Shown: piece after piece, positions 25,681 to 37,862 of the stretch
Layout: the number at the start of each line of letters is the position of its first letter
How positions within the stretch are numbered: the first letter of the stretch is position 1
From: Octopus vulgaris
Taxonomy: Eukaryota
Assembly: GCA_951406725.2 (NCBI GenBank)
Contig: OX597816.1
Span: 159,030,001-159,094,000 of the forward strand
Reading direction: 5' to 3'
DNA length: 64,000 bases
Notes under the pieces: model-generated
Seen by the model: only the letters and a program-made list of their open reading frames with translations
The model's database searches: none
What the model was told of the DNA's origin: nothing
Made by a program: the position numbers and the translations under genes

Positions 25681-27250
25681 GGTATTCATATCAAGAAAAT
25701 AATCTCTCTAATTTTAATCGCTCTAGTTTTGAACACCATGCATTCAAAATTCCTAAAGTCACAACAAATGCCGGCCATCGTAATCTGAGATAATCTCAGT
25801 TGGAGATTCTATATAACAAACTTAAAAAGCTACAACTCAAAGACAAGCCTTTCTCTTCAGAGCAAGAAACTGCTTCAGTTATTATCTCTCAGCAAAGATC
25901 AAATAAGATCGATGTTGTAACGTCGGTCCGAGACTGTCCTGTTGTTATGCATACAAAAACATCTTTAAGGCTATGTGACTTAAATCTTTGGCCCAAATAT
26001 TTGCTATTTCCTCTCTTGGCCTATGTTATGGTTACCAGTACGGCCTCTGAACAATAAAGTTCCAAACCACATCCATCCCTGCCCATCGGTTTCTCTTCCT
26101 TCATCAATCCCCCGTCTCACCTTCTAGGTTCCGTAATTACCACTAAACCCAATCCTTCAACAACACAACCCTCTAGAAATCCACCACCACCACCACCACC
26201 ACGAGTTATTTTCTACTAATGTTCATGTTGAACATAAACTGCATCAATTTTAGAATCCCAGAGGACGTGAGGTCACGGTACAACCTCTTTCTTCTGACTA
26301 ACTCATAAAAAGAACCCCTGAGATCTAGTGATTGGTGAAAATAAACCAAGCATGAAATAACCCTCCCTCCTCTTGATTACAGTGGAAAATAATATCTAGC
26401 AGAGATAATTATTTATAGCAAGAGGAAATTGGCCCTGTGTGAGTTAACTATTTGCTAGAGACAGACATAAGCCGTATAAATGGCTTATGTAATAGCAACT
26501 CTGAAAATCTTTTCAGCTAAATATCGCTGAGTGATAAACTGATAATCTAAAATGTTAGACGTTAAGCAGCAAATTGAAATCAAAAGACATGATAAAGATT
26601 ACACAAGCTGTGATGTAGTTTAAACTCGGATCATTAGATTTACAATCAAAGGCATTCTATCCATGATCAATCCGTCTTAAATCTAATCGGCTCTTCCTTT
26701 TTCTAAAACAAGAGTGTGACTGACTGAGGAAAGTTTGGCTGTTATTTCAAGCAGATCAAGAATATAAGTTACTTTCGTTGGCTTGTGACGTGTTTTTTAT
26801 CAATTAATTAATTTACTTTTTGGTTGAGGGAATCCCATGAACAGGACCGCTTCAACAACACCTTAGGCCCTCGAGAAAAATAATGACTTAGGGCGCCTGT
26901 AAGCACAACGACAGTAAACATACATTTAGATTGGGCCCCTAGACCCCTTTCCTTCCTTTCCCGGGCAAGTGCTTAGCGTGCCTGTGCCTTAAGACTTCAC
27001 TACCCATGAATATACAGATAGATTTTCTGAGTCATCAATTATAATTATTTCTACACACACACACATTATATACATTGTTGTGTCCGGGGAGAGTTATTCT
27101 CTTTTAGTGCCTTAATATTTAACATACTCACCGGTAAAGTTTCCACTCATTTACTTATTTATTTTTTCTATAGAAAGATACAACAAAATATGCTTCAACA
27201 CACGAACTCACATAAAGAAGCTTGGAAACCTAATCCAAAAACGAAGTGTA

Positions 27251-27296
<46 letters not shown>

Positions 27297-28379
27297 GAGA
27301 GGTATTGGTGTCAAAAAGACCCAAAGGTGTCAGGTAATGCTGAGTAAGTGCTATGGACAGACTGCTGTTGCGTTGAAGTCATGGGATACAGCATGTGAAG
27401 TATTTTTACAGGTGAACTTATTGAGTCAATACAGAATATCCCCAAATGAACAGACAAACTGTCAATGGCCAAGATCAACGAGTTCAGTTAGCGAACTACT
27501 GCTATCATCAACAGAGGTGTGTGCAGATGAGAATTTCAGTTAGTGATTATATGAAGTCAGATTTGACCAAGCGTAATTCAAATTGAAGGGTAATAACTCG
27601 TTTTTGAACATAGATAAATACAAGTATATTAAATACCTAACAGCATAACTTCTTGATTTATTAAAATCATATCCAACTCTAGATGATGTGTCATAATTAC
27701 CAAATAGCAATTAAGGTCCACTTGGCCCTCATTTGAATAAAAGGACAATCCTCTCCTTTTTTTTTTAACTGTATAGCCTCAAACTTCTTTGTCTATTTTT
27801 AATATTGCGGGGTGTGATTTGAGAGAGATTTGGTTGCTATTTTAAGTGGGTCCTGCGACCAGGAAAGGAGAAGTTTAACATTTTTTCCTCTTTTTCTTTT
27901 TATGGAGGTTCACACCTTTCGAAATTTCAAATTAATTCTAGCACTTCTTGATTTGAAGATTATTAAAACAAAAATTCAAAATTACTAAACAAAACTATTT
28001 GACTACTGTTGCTTTTTGTTAAATTAAATTAGAGTACATAATGGTTCTGAGAGCAATATATCAATGTTATATTGAACGTCCGGCTGATTTCAAAAGAACC
28101 ATAGTTGCCTACACCAATCAAGAAATAGGAAATAGATAAAAGTTTGTTTGGCACCCTCTTCACGCTTTCCAAAGAATTGGTTCTTATACTGTTCTTAAAA
28201 GATTAATGATGTTAGATCTCTCCCATTGGTTCATCTTTGTGATGGAGTTTAAATGGAGCGATGTATTAAGCAGGTTTGTTGCTTAGCTCCGGGTTAGCTC
28301 TGGTATTACAGGTCTACATTCAAAGGCAGCCAAGGCCTTTTATGTAAATACATCTCGTCTTCATTATCCAACGCGTAAA

Positions 28380-29240
28380 ACCGGTGAGTTAGTAGAATCG
28401 TTAGCTCGACGGACAAAATGCTTAGCGGCATTTCTTCCGGCTTTTTAAGTTCTGAGTTCAAATTCCGCCGAGGTCGACTTTGCTTTTCAGCATCTCAGGA
28501 TCGATAAAACAAGTATCCGTTGAACACTGGAGGGGGGGTGTAATTGACTTACCCCACTCCCTGTGTATGTGTATTTTAAGATAATGTCATTTGCGGAAAA
28601 TTTGCTGCTATATTTAGTTGCTTGCACACACAATGTACAAACATTTTATTTTACCTCATGACGAAACACGGTCGCTGTATTTATTATGACTTGTAGATTT
28701 CATGTTTTCTTGTTAATAATACCCCGCCCACTTACAGACGCTTCTGTAAATGTATACATATGCAACTTATATAGTCTCTGCTACGGTTACAGTAATAAAA
28801 TACAAAATATAATTTAAAGTGGAGAAAAAAATTGTAATCATACAATGACTGACAGTTTACTGCGTTAGCGACATCAGATTAAAAAGTTTTGTGAAAATGA
28901 GAGAAATAAACTGACGTTGAAATTTTGAGGCGAGCTGGCAGAATCTAATTTTTCGAATGTTTGACGTTCCGAGTTCAAATTCCGCCAAAGACGACTTTGC
29001 CTCTTTCATCCTTTCGGCGTCAGTAAATTAAGTACCAGTTGCGTACTAGGGGTCGATCTAATCGGCTGGTTCCCTCCCCAAAAATGTTAGACTTGTTGCC
29101 TAGGGTAGAAAAAAATCATTAATTTTTCGTCAGTCTGTAAACGTTCTGAGTTCAAACTCCGCCGAGGTCGATTTTGCCTTTCATCCTTTCGGGGGTCATG
29201 TAATAGACTAGCCCCCGCCTATAGTAGAAACGAATATTGC
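28380..29240 (+). mobile_element. Degenerate family-A SINE copies (28380-28560; 28926-29240)
   Basis: gagttcaaattccgcc...ctttcatcctttcgg motifs. Confidence 0.8.
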
Positions 29241-29563
29241 GCTACAAAAATTTATTCTTCGCCACTATTTCCTTCAGAGGCAATCACATGGGCGTGCAAA
29301 TTAACGATAAAGGTTGGCGTCTACAGCATGGGACTCCAACTTGGTCCCCAGTTGTTGATAGGTGTGATACGACAATTAGCTAAGACTTTCTTAGCTTGCA
29401 GTGAGTATTCTATCCAAAATCTGATGTTTCGATGGATCCAGATGAGTTAAGACGTGTACAAATGTCTTTAGTTTAAAAATGCTTGTATGCAAAGGAAATC
29501 TGAATGTAGGCGCACAATGGGAATCAAACAGAAGTTTAAAAACTTACCTTTTAAGTTCTCGAA

Positions 29564-29872
29564 CAGTGATTCTCAACCGGGGTCCATATAACATTTTGGG
29601 GTGTACACATAAGCAAAGCAGTAAACTGGAATCCGGAAAATTATTTTAAGGATCCATGAAAACATTTTGCTAAAGATGTATTTATTTATTGCAAGATGCA
29701 GCTAAGTTTCTTTCTCAAACGTTTTACGTAGTTCAACCTACATAGTGTGATAAACAAAATAGGAATTTTGGAAGAAGTCTCTTTAAAAAGATTTTAAACA
29801 TCAAATAGCTATGGGTTCCATCGGAATAGCAATCAAAGGGATCCATAGATTAAAAAAATGGTCGAGAAGATG
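29564..29872. mobile_element. hAT/Charlie-like MITE (degenerate)
   Basis: Starts cagtgattctcaaccgggg and ends ...aaaaatggtcgagaagatg, i.e. degenerate CAGTG.TTCTCAACC termini. Confidence 0.55.
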
Positions 29873-30254
29873 CAGGTGTCCCTTATCTTCGATCACTTCA
29901 TCTGCTTAAAAACAAAACTTACAAAGGACGATACTTTTTTAAAAAGTTTCTTTCGTTCATGTTCAAATCTCATTGAAAGTCATTGATTTTATTGTTCCCT
30001 GGAAATATGGAAGCTATATAGAAATAAGTTCCAGTTAAGAGCAGCGATGTCCATTCTATTATTATAACTTTTCAGTTGCCTATTTGTAGTGTTGTGTAAG
30101 AAATTATTCTTCGGCAGCGAGAACAACATGAACGTCAATAATTCAGTTTCCCTCCGTGACTCTGGCATTGTGTCACGTCAAAATCCATAATCAGTAACAA
30201 AAAACCTTAGCACCACAACATTGAATTTTCTCTTCGAAATCTGTGCTTAAGAAG

Positions 30255-30452
30255 ACTCAAGTCAAATGAGATCGTAGTCGTGGCCGATGCTGAGACACGT
30301 AGAAGGCGCCCACTACACTCTTGAGCTGGAAGGGCATCCAGCCATAAAAACCAAGCCAAACCAGACTGGAGCCTGGCAAAGCTCTCCGGCTTACCAGTTC
30401 AAGTCAAACTGTTTAACCCATGCCAGCATAGAAAGCAGATGCTAAATGATGG
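30255..30452 (+). mobile_element. SINE 3' part (ggaagggcatccagcc...acccatgccagcat type)
   Basis: The same 3' module recurs at ~33915-34000. Confidence 0.7.
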
Positions 30453-31319
30453 TGTGTGTGCATTCAGAAATAAACACACGCTTCCTTTTAACTGCTCCAA
30501 AGAAGCTTAAAGGATGTTGTACAATCACTTGGCTGTGAATGCTTCTTATAACAGAAGCAGCTAAAAGCAAGGTTGATTATACGACGACTCTTCCTTTGTC
30601 ACCTAATTCATTTTATGCTCCCTACTCGCTTAACCCTTTACTCTGAGTTCTAACTGCTGGTTGTTAGTACCGCTATGCCCAAGTGAAATCACACAAACAC
30701 TAACTTACTATAGTCGCCTCACTGGGTAAAAGTTTCACCAGCGAAATAACTAATACTCTTTCAACCATAAACAAAATATCTCGTTGATGAAACCAATCTG
30801 GAAGTCAGTTTCAAACAGAAAGGAACAACGACAATGAAGCTGAACCTGACGTAAGAGTAAGGGTTTGGTTAGTACACTGGTTTAGAGCCCGGAGAGCTTA
30901 CAAGACCAGAAAGTTTTCTTCCAGCTTGCCAGATTTCTCCGGGAGGCCCTGTCTAGGGATATTTTCTGCTGTTTTATTCTTCATTTATTGCTCAGTGGCG
31001 TAAAGGTGAAACCTTAGATCTGAGGAAAAAGAACAGTTGATTATATCGATTATAGTGCCAGACAGGTCACTATTTTAGTGATCCCGAACGATGAAAGGCA
31101 AAATTGATTCCCAGCAAGACTTTAACTCCCTAGTGTAAAATGTAACACAGAAATTATTCTGCGCCTGTTAAAAAAAAAAAAAACTTTTGCAATTTCGTTG
31201 TGAAGCCGAATTTCTTAAAGAATAATCATATCGAGTATTTCATGTTATGCGGACACAAGACATTTACCGGCGGTAATGAATACAAAATGTGTTTATGAAA
31301 AGGTGCCTTGGTACGGCAT

Positions 31320-31404
31320 TTTCAGCATGTATCTTGTACTATAGCATCGAACTGACCAATACCTTGTGAGCAAATTTGGTAGACGGAAACAGTGTGAAAG
31401 TTCG

Positions 31405-31447
<43 letters not shown>

Positions 31448-31600
31448 ACATCGTTTGACCACTGGTATTGATAATACCAGTGACAAATGATACCGATAGA
31501 ATAAATACCAGACTTTAAAATATGTGCAGGGGTCCATTTGTTCGACTAAACCCTTCAAGGGATGCTCCAGTATGACCGCAGTTCTATAACAAACAGTTTA
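31320..31600 (+). mobile_element. Family-B SINE (degenerate)
   Basis: tactatagc...ccttgtgag...ggtagacggaaac (GT)n ...ctccagtatgaccgcag. Confidence 0.8.
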
Positions 31601-32055
31601 AAGAAGAATGGAAGAGAAAGCCGCGTGGAATATTATTTGGGAGTACGTGCTGTTGGTGTTATTACAAGGAAGTTTGACTGCTGTTTCTTGCAGTCCAAAC
31701 CACCACGCAGAGATTCCGTCATTAATGTACTTTTTTGTTGGCAGTCAATAAAGGCTGACGCTGACTCAAGTCGATGACGACAAACATTGAAATGAATTGT
31801 TACAGGTGACAAACAGCCCACGCTAACCTACTTTTTTTAAAGTGAGTTACAATAAATAATATTCCCGTTAACTTCCATGACATCGCACTTAACACGCACT
31901 ATGTTCATACGAAGGCAGGTTAAGCCAGTTAGGCTCCGCTAAAACTATTATGCAAAAAAAGTGTTAACTTTTGTCCTACGAACAAATACTGCTTAACAAA
32001 ATTATAAATCATATCCAGTCGATATGCAAAAGTCGATCGGGAAAATGAATAACAT

Positions 32056-32268
32056 AGGCGTGGCTGCGTGCTTACTTCCCAACCACATGGTTCCGGGTTC
32101 AGTCCCACTGCGTGGTACCTTGGGTAAGTGTCTTCTACTATAGCCTCAGGCCAACCAAAGCCTTGTGAGTGGATTTGGTAGACGAAAACTGAAAGAAACC
32201 GTCGTATTTTTACACACACACACACACACACTTGTGTTTGTCCAACGACCACTGCTTGACAACCGGTC
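32056..32268 (+). mobile_element. Family-B SINE 5' part
   Basis: ggcgtggctg...aaccacatggttccgggttcagtcccactgcgtgg. Confidence 0.88.
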
Positions 32269-32439
32269 AGTGGCGGCTTGTATATAGGCACTGCGGAACT
32301 GCAACATCCCCTATTTCCACTCGATAACATTCAATACAATGAATCCTTTTTCCTTTAATTCTTTCTTTATACTTGTACATTATATAATCCTTAAGCTTAA
32401 TGTCAGTAGCCATTCCCTAGTTTATGAAAGAAGTACAAA

Positions 32440-32596
32440 AATACTTGTATAGAACTGTGCGCTTCACAGTTCCGGAGACGCTGTGTTTAGCTGTTGTGCG
32501 CATGCTAACATGTCCGAGACAGGAAGCTACATGCTAGGGAGAGAGAGCACTGTTGTTCACGCAGTGCCGACCCTGGTGTGATTGTGAAAGGTAATG
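32440..32596 (+). promoter_or_regulatory. Candidate promoter/first non-coding exon with donor AAG|GTAATG at 32590/32591
   Basis: Locally GC/CpG-richer unique sequence with TGCGCATG and CAGGAAG motifs, followed by a donor-like site; no transcript evidence. Confidence 0.25.
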
Positions 32597-32884
32597 TTTC
32601 TTTTTCATTCCGCGTGTGTTGTGCTTGAAATCGAGTTTATATCCTTGAATGTGATAAAGTATAGAATTAGATTATTATCCTGCTTCCAGCTACAGTGTTG
32701 CTGCCAGGATTTGAAAAATAGGGAATATTACCCCCCACCCCCCATTTTGTGATTTAGGGGGGATTTTTGAAAAACAAAGGGTAAATTCACGGTGAAGTTC
32801 ACCGAATAAATTAAGCGCACTACCCGGCAGTGACTAAAATGCGAACTGATCAAGTATATGTATAAATTTTCTTTTTACTCAATA

Positions 32885-33643
32885 TTCTTTTTCTACTCTA
32901 GGCACAAGGCCCGAAATTTTGGAGGAGGGGCCAGTCGATTAGATTGACCCCTGTACGCAACTGGTACTTAATTTATCGATCCTGGAAGGATGAAAAGCAA
33001 CGTCGACCTCTGCGGAATTTGAACTCAGAACGTAAAGACAAACGAAATACCTAATCTTTTTTACTCTAGGCACAAGGCCCGAAATCTTGGGGGAGGGGGC
33101 CAGTCAATTAGATCGACCTCAGTACACAACTGGTACTTAATTTATCGACCCCGAAAGGATGAAAGGCGGAATTTGAACTCAGACGAAATACTGCTAGGCA
33201 TTTCGCCCGGCGTGCTAACGTTTCTTGTTTCTTTATTGCCCACAAGGGGATAAACATAGAGGGGACAAACAAGGGCAGACAAAGGGATTAAGTCGATTAC
33301 ATCGACCCCAGTGCGTAACTGGTACTTAATTTATCGACCCCGAAAGGATGAAAGGCAAAGTCGACCTCTGCGGAATTTGAACTCAGAACATAAAGATAGA
33401 CGAAATACCTATTTCTTTACTACTCACAAGGGGCTAAACACAGAGGGGACAAACAAGGACAGGCACACGGATGAAGTCGATTTCATCGACCCTAGTGCGT
33501 AACTGGTACTTAATTTATCGACCCCGAAAGGATGAAAGGCAAAGTTGACCTCGGCGGAATTTGAACTCAGAACGTAACGGCATACGAAATACCGCTAAGC
33601 ATTTCGCCCGGCGTGCTAACGTTTCTGCCAGTTCGCCGCCTTA
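32885..33643 (-). mobile_element. Multimeric family-A SINE (about four units)
   Basis: Repeated actggtacttaatttatcgaccccgaaaggatgaaaggc...gaatttgaactcag; head at 33643. Confidence 0.92.
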
Positions 33644-33664
33644 GGTTTCTGAAGAATAGAATAA

Positions 33665-34005
33665 AGACGTGGGTATGTGGTTAAGACGTTTGCTTCCTAG
33701 CAACATTGTTTCGGGTCCAATTCCATTCCATGGCACTTTGAACAAATGTCCCGAGCCGACCAAAGCATTGTGAACGGATTCGGTAGAGCGAAACTGAAAG
33801 AAGCCGTGTGTACCCTTGTGTCCCTAGTCTTGACATGGCATTTCCCATATTCTGTGAAAACATGTCTTATCATGTGTAGATAAAACCCTGTTTGAAAAAA
33901 AGGTGAGTGTTGGTGACAGGAAGCGCATCCTGCTGTACAAAACATGCCCCAGGAACCCATGCAAGCATAGAAAAATGGGCGTTAAAACGATGGTGGAGAT
34001 GGTAG
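33665..34005 (+). mobile_element. SINE with family-B head and alternative 3' module
   Basis: gtggttaagacgtttgcttcc...ccgaccaaagc...aaactgaaagaagcc...acccatgcaagcatagaaaaatgggcgttaaacgatg. Confidence 0.75.
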
Positions 34006-34329
34006 TAGATTAACAAAACTAAATCATTCATCTGAAAATTGTTCCATCCTGTCACAGTTTGGACACCGGTCCTACTGTCTAAACTACAATATTTTCGCTT
34101 ACACCATTATCCATGGATTATGGACATTGCTCTTGCAAAGGCGATATGGTAGTAAGTACTGAACCCTAGTCTAAAATAGACTTGTGGTTCAAAAACTTTT
34201 TACATGGATTTGTTTTGCCTGATACACAAGATATAAATCAATAAAGGATAGAAGCACTTTTTAAATAATAGTTTTTGTTAAAAAGGACATTAGCAGCGTA
34301 AATAAAATAGTGATAACCGGAAATTGCCG

Positions 34330-36230
34330 ATTAGATTTCAGAACTTATTTCTTATTAACAACGCCCAGCTCTAAATCAGAAAATATAGAAAAATTTGCTA
34401 TATGGAAATTGAAAATGACGCTATCATTTACATTGTAATACTTGAACACGTCATAGAGTTGTATCCTGGGATCATTAGGTGTTTCGGGTCTCATAACATA
34501 TACCATAAGCCAGGCGACTTCACCGAGGTTGATCAAGCCTAGCCCCGTTTCCAAGCTGCATTCTGCTGATTCCAACCACACAATCATCGCTTTTCACCCA
34601 AGGCCACTTAGCTAGGGGTTTTTTAACAGCCTCTGCGTTGTTCTCGATGGTTCTTCTGTTCACTAAAGCAAGGCATAGTTTTACGTACAGAGAGAAATAA
34701 TTATTAACCCTCTTTAAAATCTGTAAAACCCAACAACACCGTCATTAAGATTAAGGCTCTTAGAGTCGAGTTCTATGTGCAGATCTCGCACTCTACATTA
34801 GACTTCATGCCATCGTCATCACAAATTCATTGAAAACATTGGTTTCTTTTTACAAGATGCGTTCAGCCGGAATAGAATGTCAAGGTACAAAATCGAATAG
34901 ATACATGAACGACTGATTTAAAATACGAGTTCCTGGTGTTGTGCTTTGGGAGCTAATCGAAGTTTGACTTAGTGATATTAAAAGAGTCAAATCATTGGAA
35001 GTTTCATTCAGATACTCGAAGTTACAGAAGAACTCGTTGACATGTAGGACATAATCCACATCCGCTTTGTCGAAGATTCTAATAACGGACAAATCAGAGC
35101 AAAGTTTTAAGATTCTTCTGTAAAAGAAAGGACTGTTGAATTTGAACGAGTCTGTGTTTGAATTTAAGGAATTCTTGGATCTTTTCGGTTTGAACGGCAG
35201 TTTTTTCTTGCGGTGTCATATGAAATTGTCACCCATAATTATGACCCTAGTATCGATCTATTGCATTTCAATCTGTTTTAGGGTTAGGGGTGGGGGGAAG
35301 GGTATCTTTGTTTCTTCACAAATGTAAATAAACCCAATCTGTTTCTTAAACGAGGGACATATTCATACGGCACAAAATGTTTTTCACCTCAATAGACGTC
35401 ATTGATTGGTTGAAATTGCAGAAAAAAAACAAATATCTTACAAACTATAGAATTTTCTCAATAAAGCCAAGAGAAAAAGATGTTTTATAAACACATTCTA
35501 CCAGTATACGAAGATTAAAAGTGTTTAGTTACGTGGAAATTATTTTTGAAAACTGCCGTTCAAACCGAAAAGATCCAAATTCTTTTATTATTAACAATAA
35601 AACGAAAGCGTTTGAAGTCTCTGGCGAAGTGTCTATGAAAGAGCTAACTCATGTAAACCCATTCCAAATGTTTCATGACCAAAAGTAGAATTGTTTTAAA
35701 TAAAGTCAAGATGCAATAAATAAAATAAAATAAATAAAAAATGGAATGAAATTCACTCGAATATTTGTTTTTATTGAAAGCCATTATTTAGAAAAACAAT
35801 ATTTCATACAAAATAAATATGAAAGAAATAAAACAATAATCTCATAAATAAAAAGAAAACTTACCGAGAACATCCTGTTAAGGGTTGAAATAAACTTCTA
35901 GAGTTTAAGTTCTTGCGAAGTAGCTGTGTGAATTAGGAGGGCAAGAATTTCATTTGAAATGTTCTGTCTTTTCAATAATGAAGTTCGTTATTATTTGACT
36001 GGAAGGGGGAGATAAATACTAGATATCTTTGCAGGCGACAGGTGTGGTCGATAAAGTTGATGTTTAACTTCTGCAGACTTGGAGGGAGTAAGCAGAGACC
36101 CATCAGTAAGAAAACTGCGTATGTGGGTAGGAAGGATTTGTTGAAGTTTGGAAAGTAAGGTTTAGATGGGATGTCAAGTGACAGAGAAGTGATAAATGGG
36201 TGCGTTGGGTGGGCGTTCTTAAAGTTGGTA
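34330..36230 (-). other. Candidate spliced minus-strand transcript (lncRNA or 5'UTR exons): exon ~36200-35865, intron 35864-35118, next exon from 35117
   Basis: Strong donor TCG|GTAAGT (35865/35864); acceptor CCTTTCTTTTACAG| (35118/35117); TATATA at ~36229-36234; only short ORFs. Confidence 0.35.
35177..35576. mobile_element. 400-bp MITE with 28-bp TIRs and an imperfect 8-bp TSD (Merlin- or MULE-like)
   Basis: ggatcttttcggtttgaacggcagtttt ... aaaactgccgttcaaaccgaaaagatcc; flanks gaattctt / aaattctt. Confidence 0.88.
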
Positions 36231-36274
36231 TATAGCTTGGTACTTCAGAGAAAAGCCACAATGGCGTCGGTGAT

Positions 36275-37230
36275 AGTGAGTGAGTGAGTGAGTGAGGAGA
36301 AGGGGAACAGAAGGAGGGTGAGGAGAGAGAGAGGAAGAAGAATAGGGAGGGAGAGAGAGAGAGACAAAGAAAAGGTAGAAGGAAATAGGAAAAGTAGTAG
36401 AGAGAGAGAGAGGAGTAGAGTGAGAGAGAAGGCGGGTGGACAAAGAGAGAAAGAAGAATAAAGAAAGAAAAAAGCATAGGAACAGCGAGGAAGAGGAGCA
36501 GAAAGAGTGAGAGAAAAGGAGGGGTGGACAAAGAGCGGGTGAGTAGAGAGATGTTAGAAGAGAGGTTAACAAAAACGAGAAATTGGAATATAAAGGGGTG
36601 CTTAAAGGGAGAAAGATAAGAAATGGGGGAGAAAGGGTTAGGATTACAGAGGATGGGAGAGAGAAAATAGCACGTCAGCAGAATAGTGGTGATAGGGTAT
36701 TGGTAAAGGAGAACAAACCAATCAGCTGGATGGTCTTCTAGGATGTGTATGTGCGTGTGTATGTGTGTATGTGTATGTGCGTATGTGCGTGCGTGTGCAT
36801 GTGCGTGCGTGTGCATGTGTGTGTGCATGTGCGTGTGCATGTGCGTGTGCATGTGCGTGTGTTTGCGCGCTAACCCATATATGTGGACAGTATCTTGATG
36901 TAGGTCAACCCTGAGTGCGGAAGATTGAGGAATGAAGGTTTGCATCATCGTCATCTGCATATGAGAGAGAGGAAAGAGAGAGAGAGAGAGAATAGAAAGA
37001 GGACAGGGAGAGAGAGGAGAGAAAGAGGACAGGGAGAGAGAGGAGAGAAAGAGGACAGGGAGAGAGAGAGAAGAGAACGAGGACAGGGAGAGAGAGAAGA
37101 GAAAGAGGGCACAGAGAGAGAGAGAAGAGAAAGAGGGCAGAGAGAGAGAAGAGAGAAAGGAGAAACAGAAAAGAGAGGAGGAGATAGAAGAGAAAAGGGC
37201 CAGAGATAAGAGAAAGAAAATGAGAGATAT

Positions 37231-37282
<52 letters not shown>

Positions 37283-37295
37283 GGAGAAGCGAGAG
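36275..37295. repeat. Polypurine (GA-rich) tracts and a (GT/GC) alternating tract; degenerate ~20-bp gagaaagaggacagggagag minisatellite at ~36995-37160
   Basis: Direct observation. Confidence 0.9.
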
Positions 37296-37771
37296 AAAAA
37301 TGTGTACGTGTGGGGCTTGAGTGTGCGCGCGCGTCCCCACATGGTAAGAAGTGATGGCATAAGTTTGACTAAAGTACAAGAGGGGGAGGAGAAAAACAAC
37401 TGAACCCTGGGGCCCCCGGGGTGGCTAGAACAATTATGAAAAGATGGCACAATAAAAACTGTTGTCCAGCTGTATTATTGTTGTCCACCGCCGCTATATC
37501 ACCTCAACAGTATGAAACAATGAAAAACAGTAAGAGTAACCCAGATATAGCTGCAAAAATATACACAATCTTTATGATTCTTCTTTCTTTTTTCTTTTTT
37601 TTAATTAGAAATGAATCGATAGTTAATTATGTCTATTTTCCGACATTGCTACTGTTGGAATAAAGTTCAATAAGTGATTGGAGAAAAATAATGAATAAAT
37701 AGTACAAAGATCGATTTTGAACAACGACAGTATTTTCATCTTGAAATTTGTTCACTTGATGACGGTGTAAA

Positions 37772-37862
37772 ATCGGTAATTTCCGGTGACGTTGGTGGTT
37801 TGAGATCGGTAATCTCCGGTGATATTGGTGGTTTGAGGTCGATAATCTCCGTTGACGTCGGT
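37772..37862. repeat. 33-bp tandem repeat x~2.8
   Basis: atcggtaat(t/c)tccggtga(c/t)(g/a)ttggtggtttgag at 37772, 37805 and 37838. Confidence 0.9.

Noticed and set aside
32497-32540. p53-like response element (three CATG cores)
   Set aside because: Half-site spacing does not fit RRRCWWGYYY x2
36103-37450. 285-aa and 181-aa Leu/Ser/Phe-rich ORFs
   Set aside because: Translation of polypyrimidine low-complexity tracts
37772-37862. CRISPR-like array (also the 35-bp repeats at 62630-62734)
   Set aside because: Contiguous tandem repeats without unique spacers, in a eukaryotic context with no cas genes
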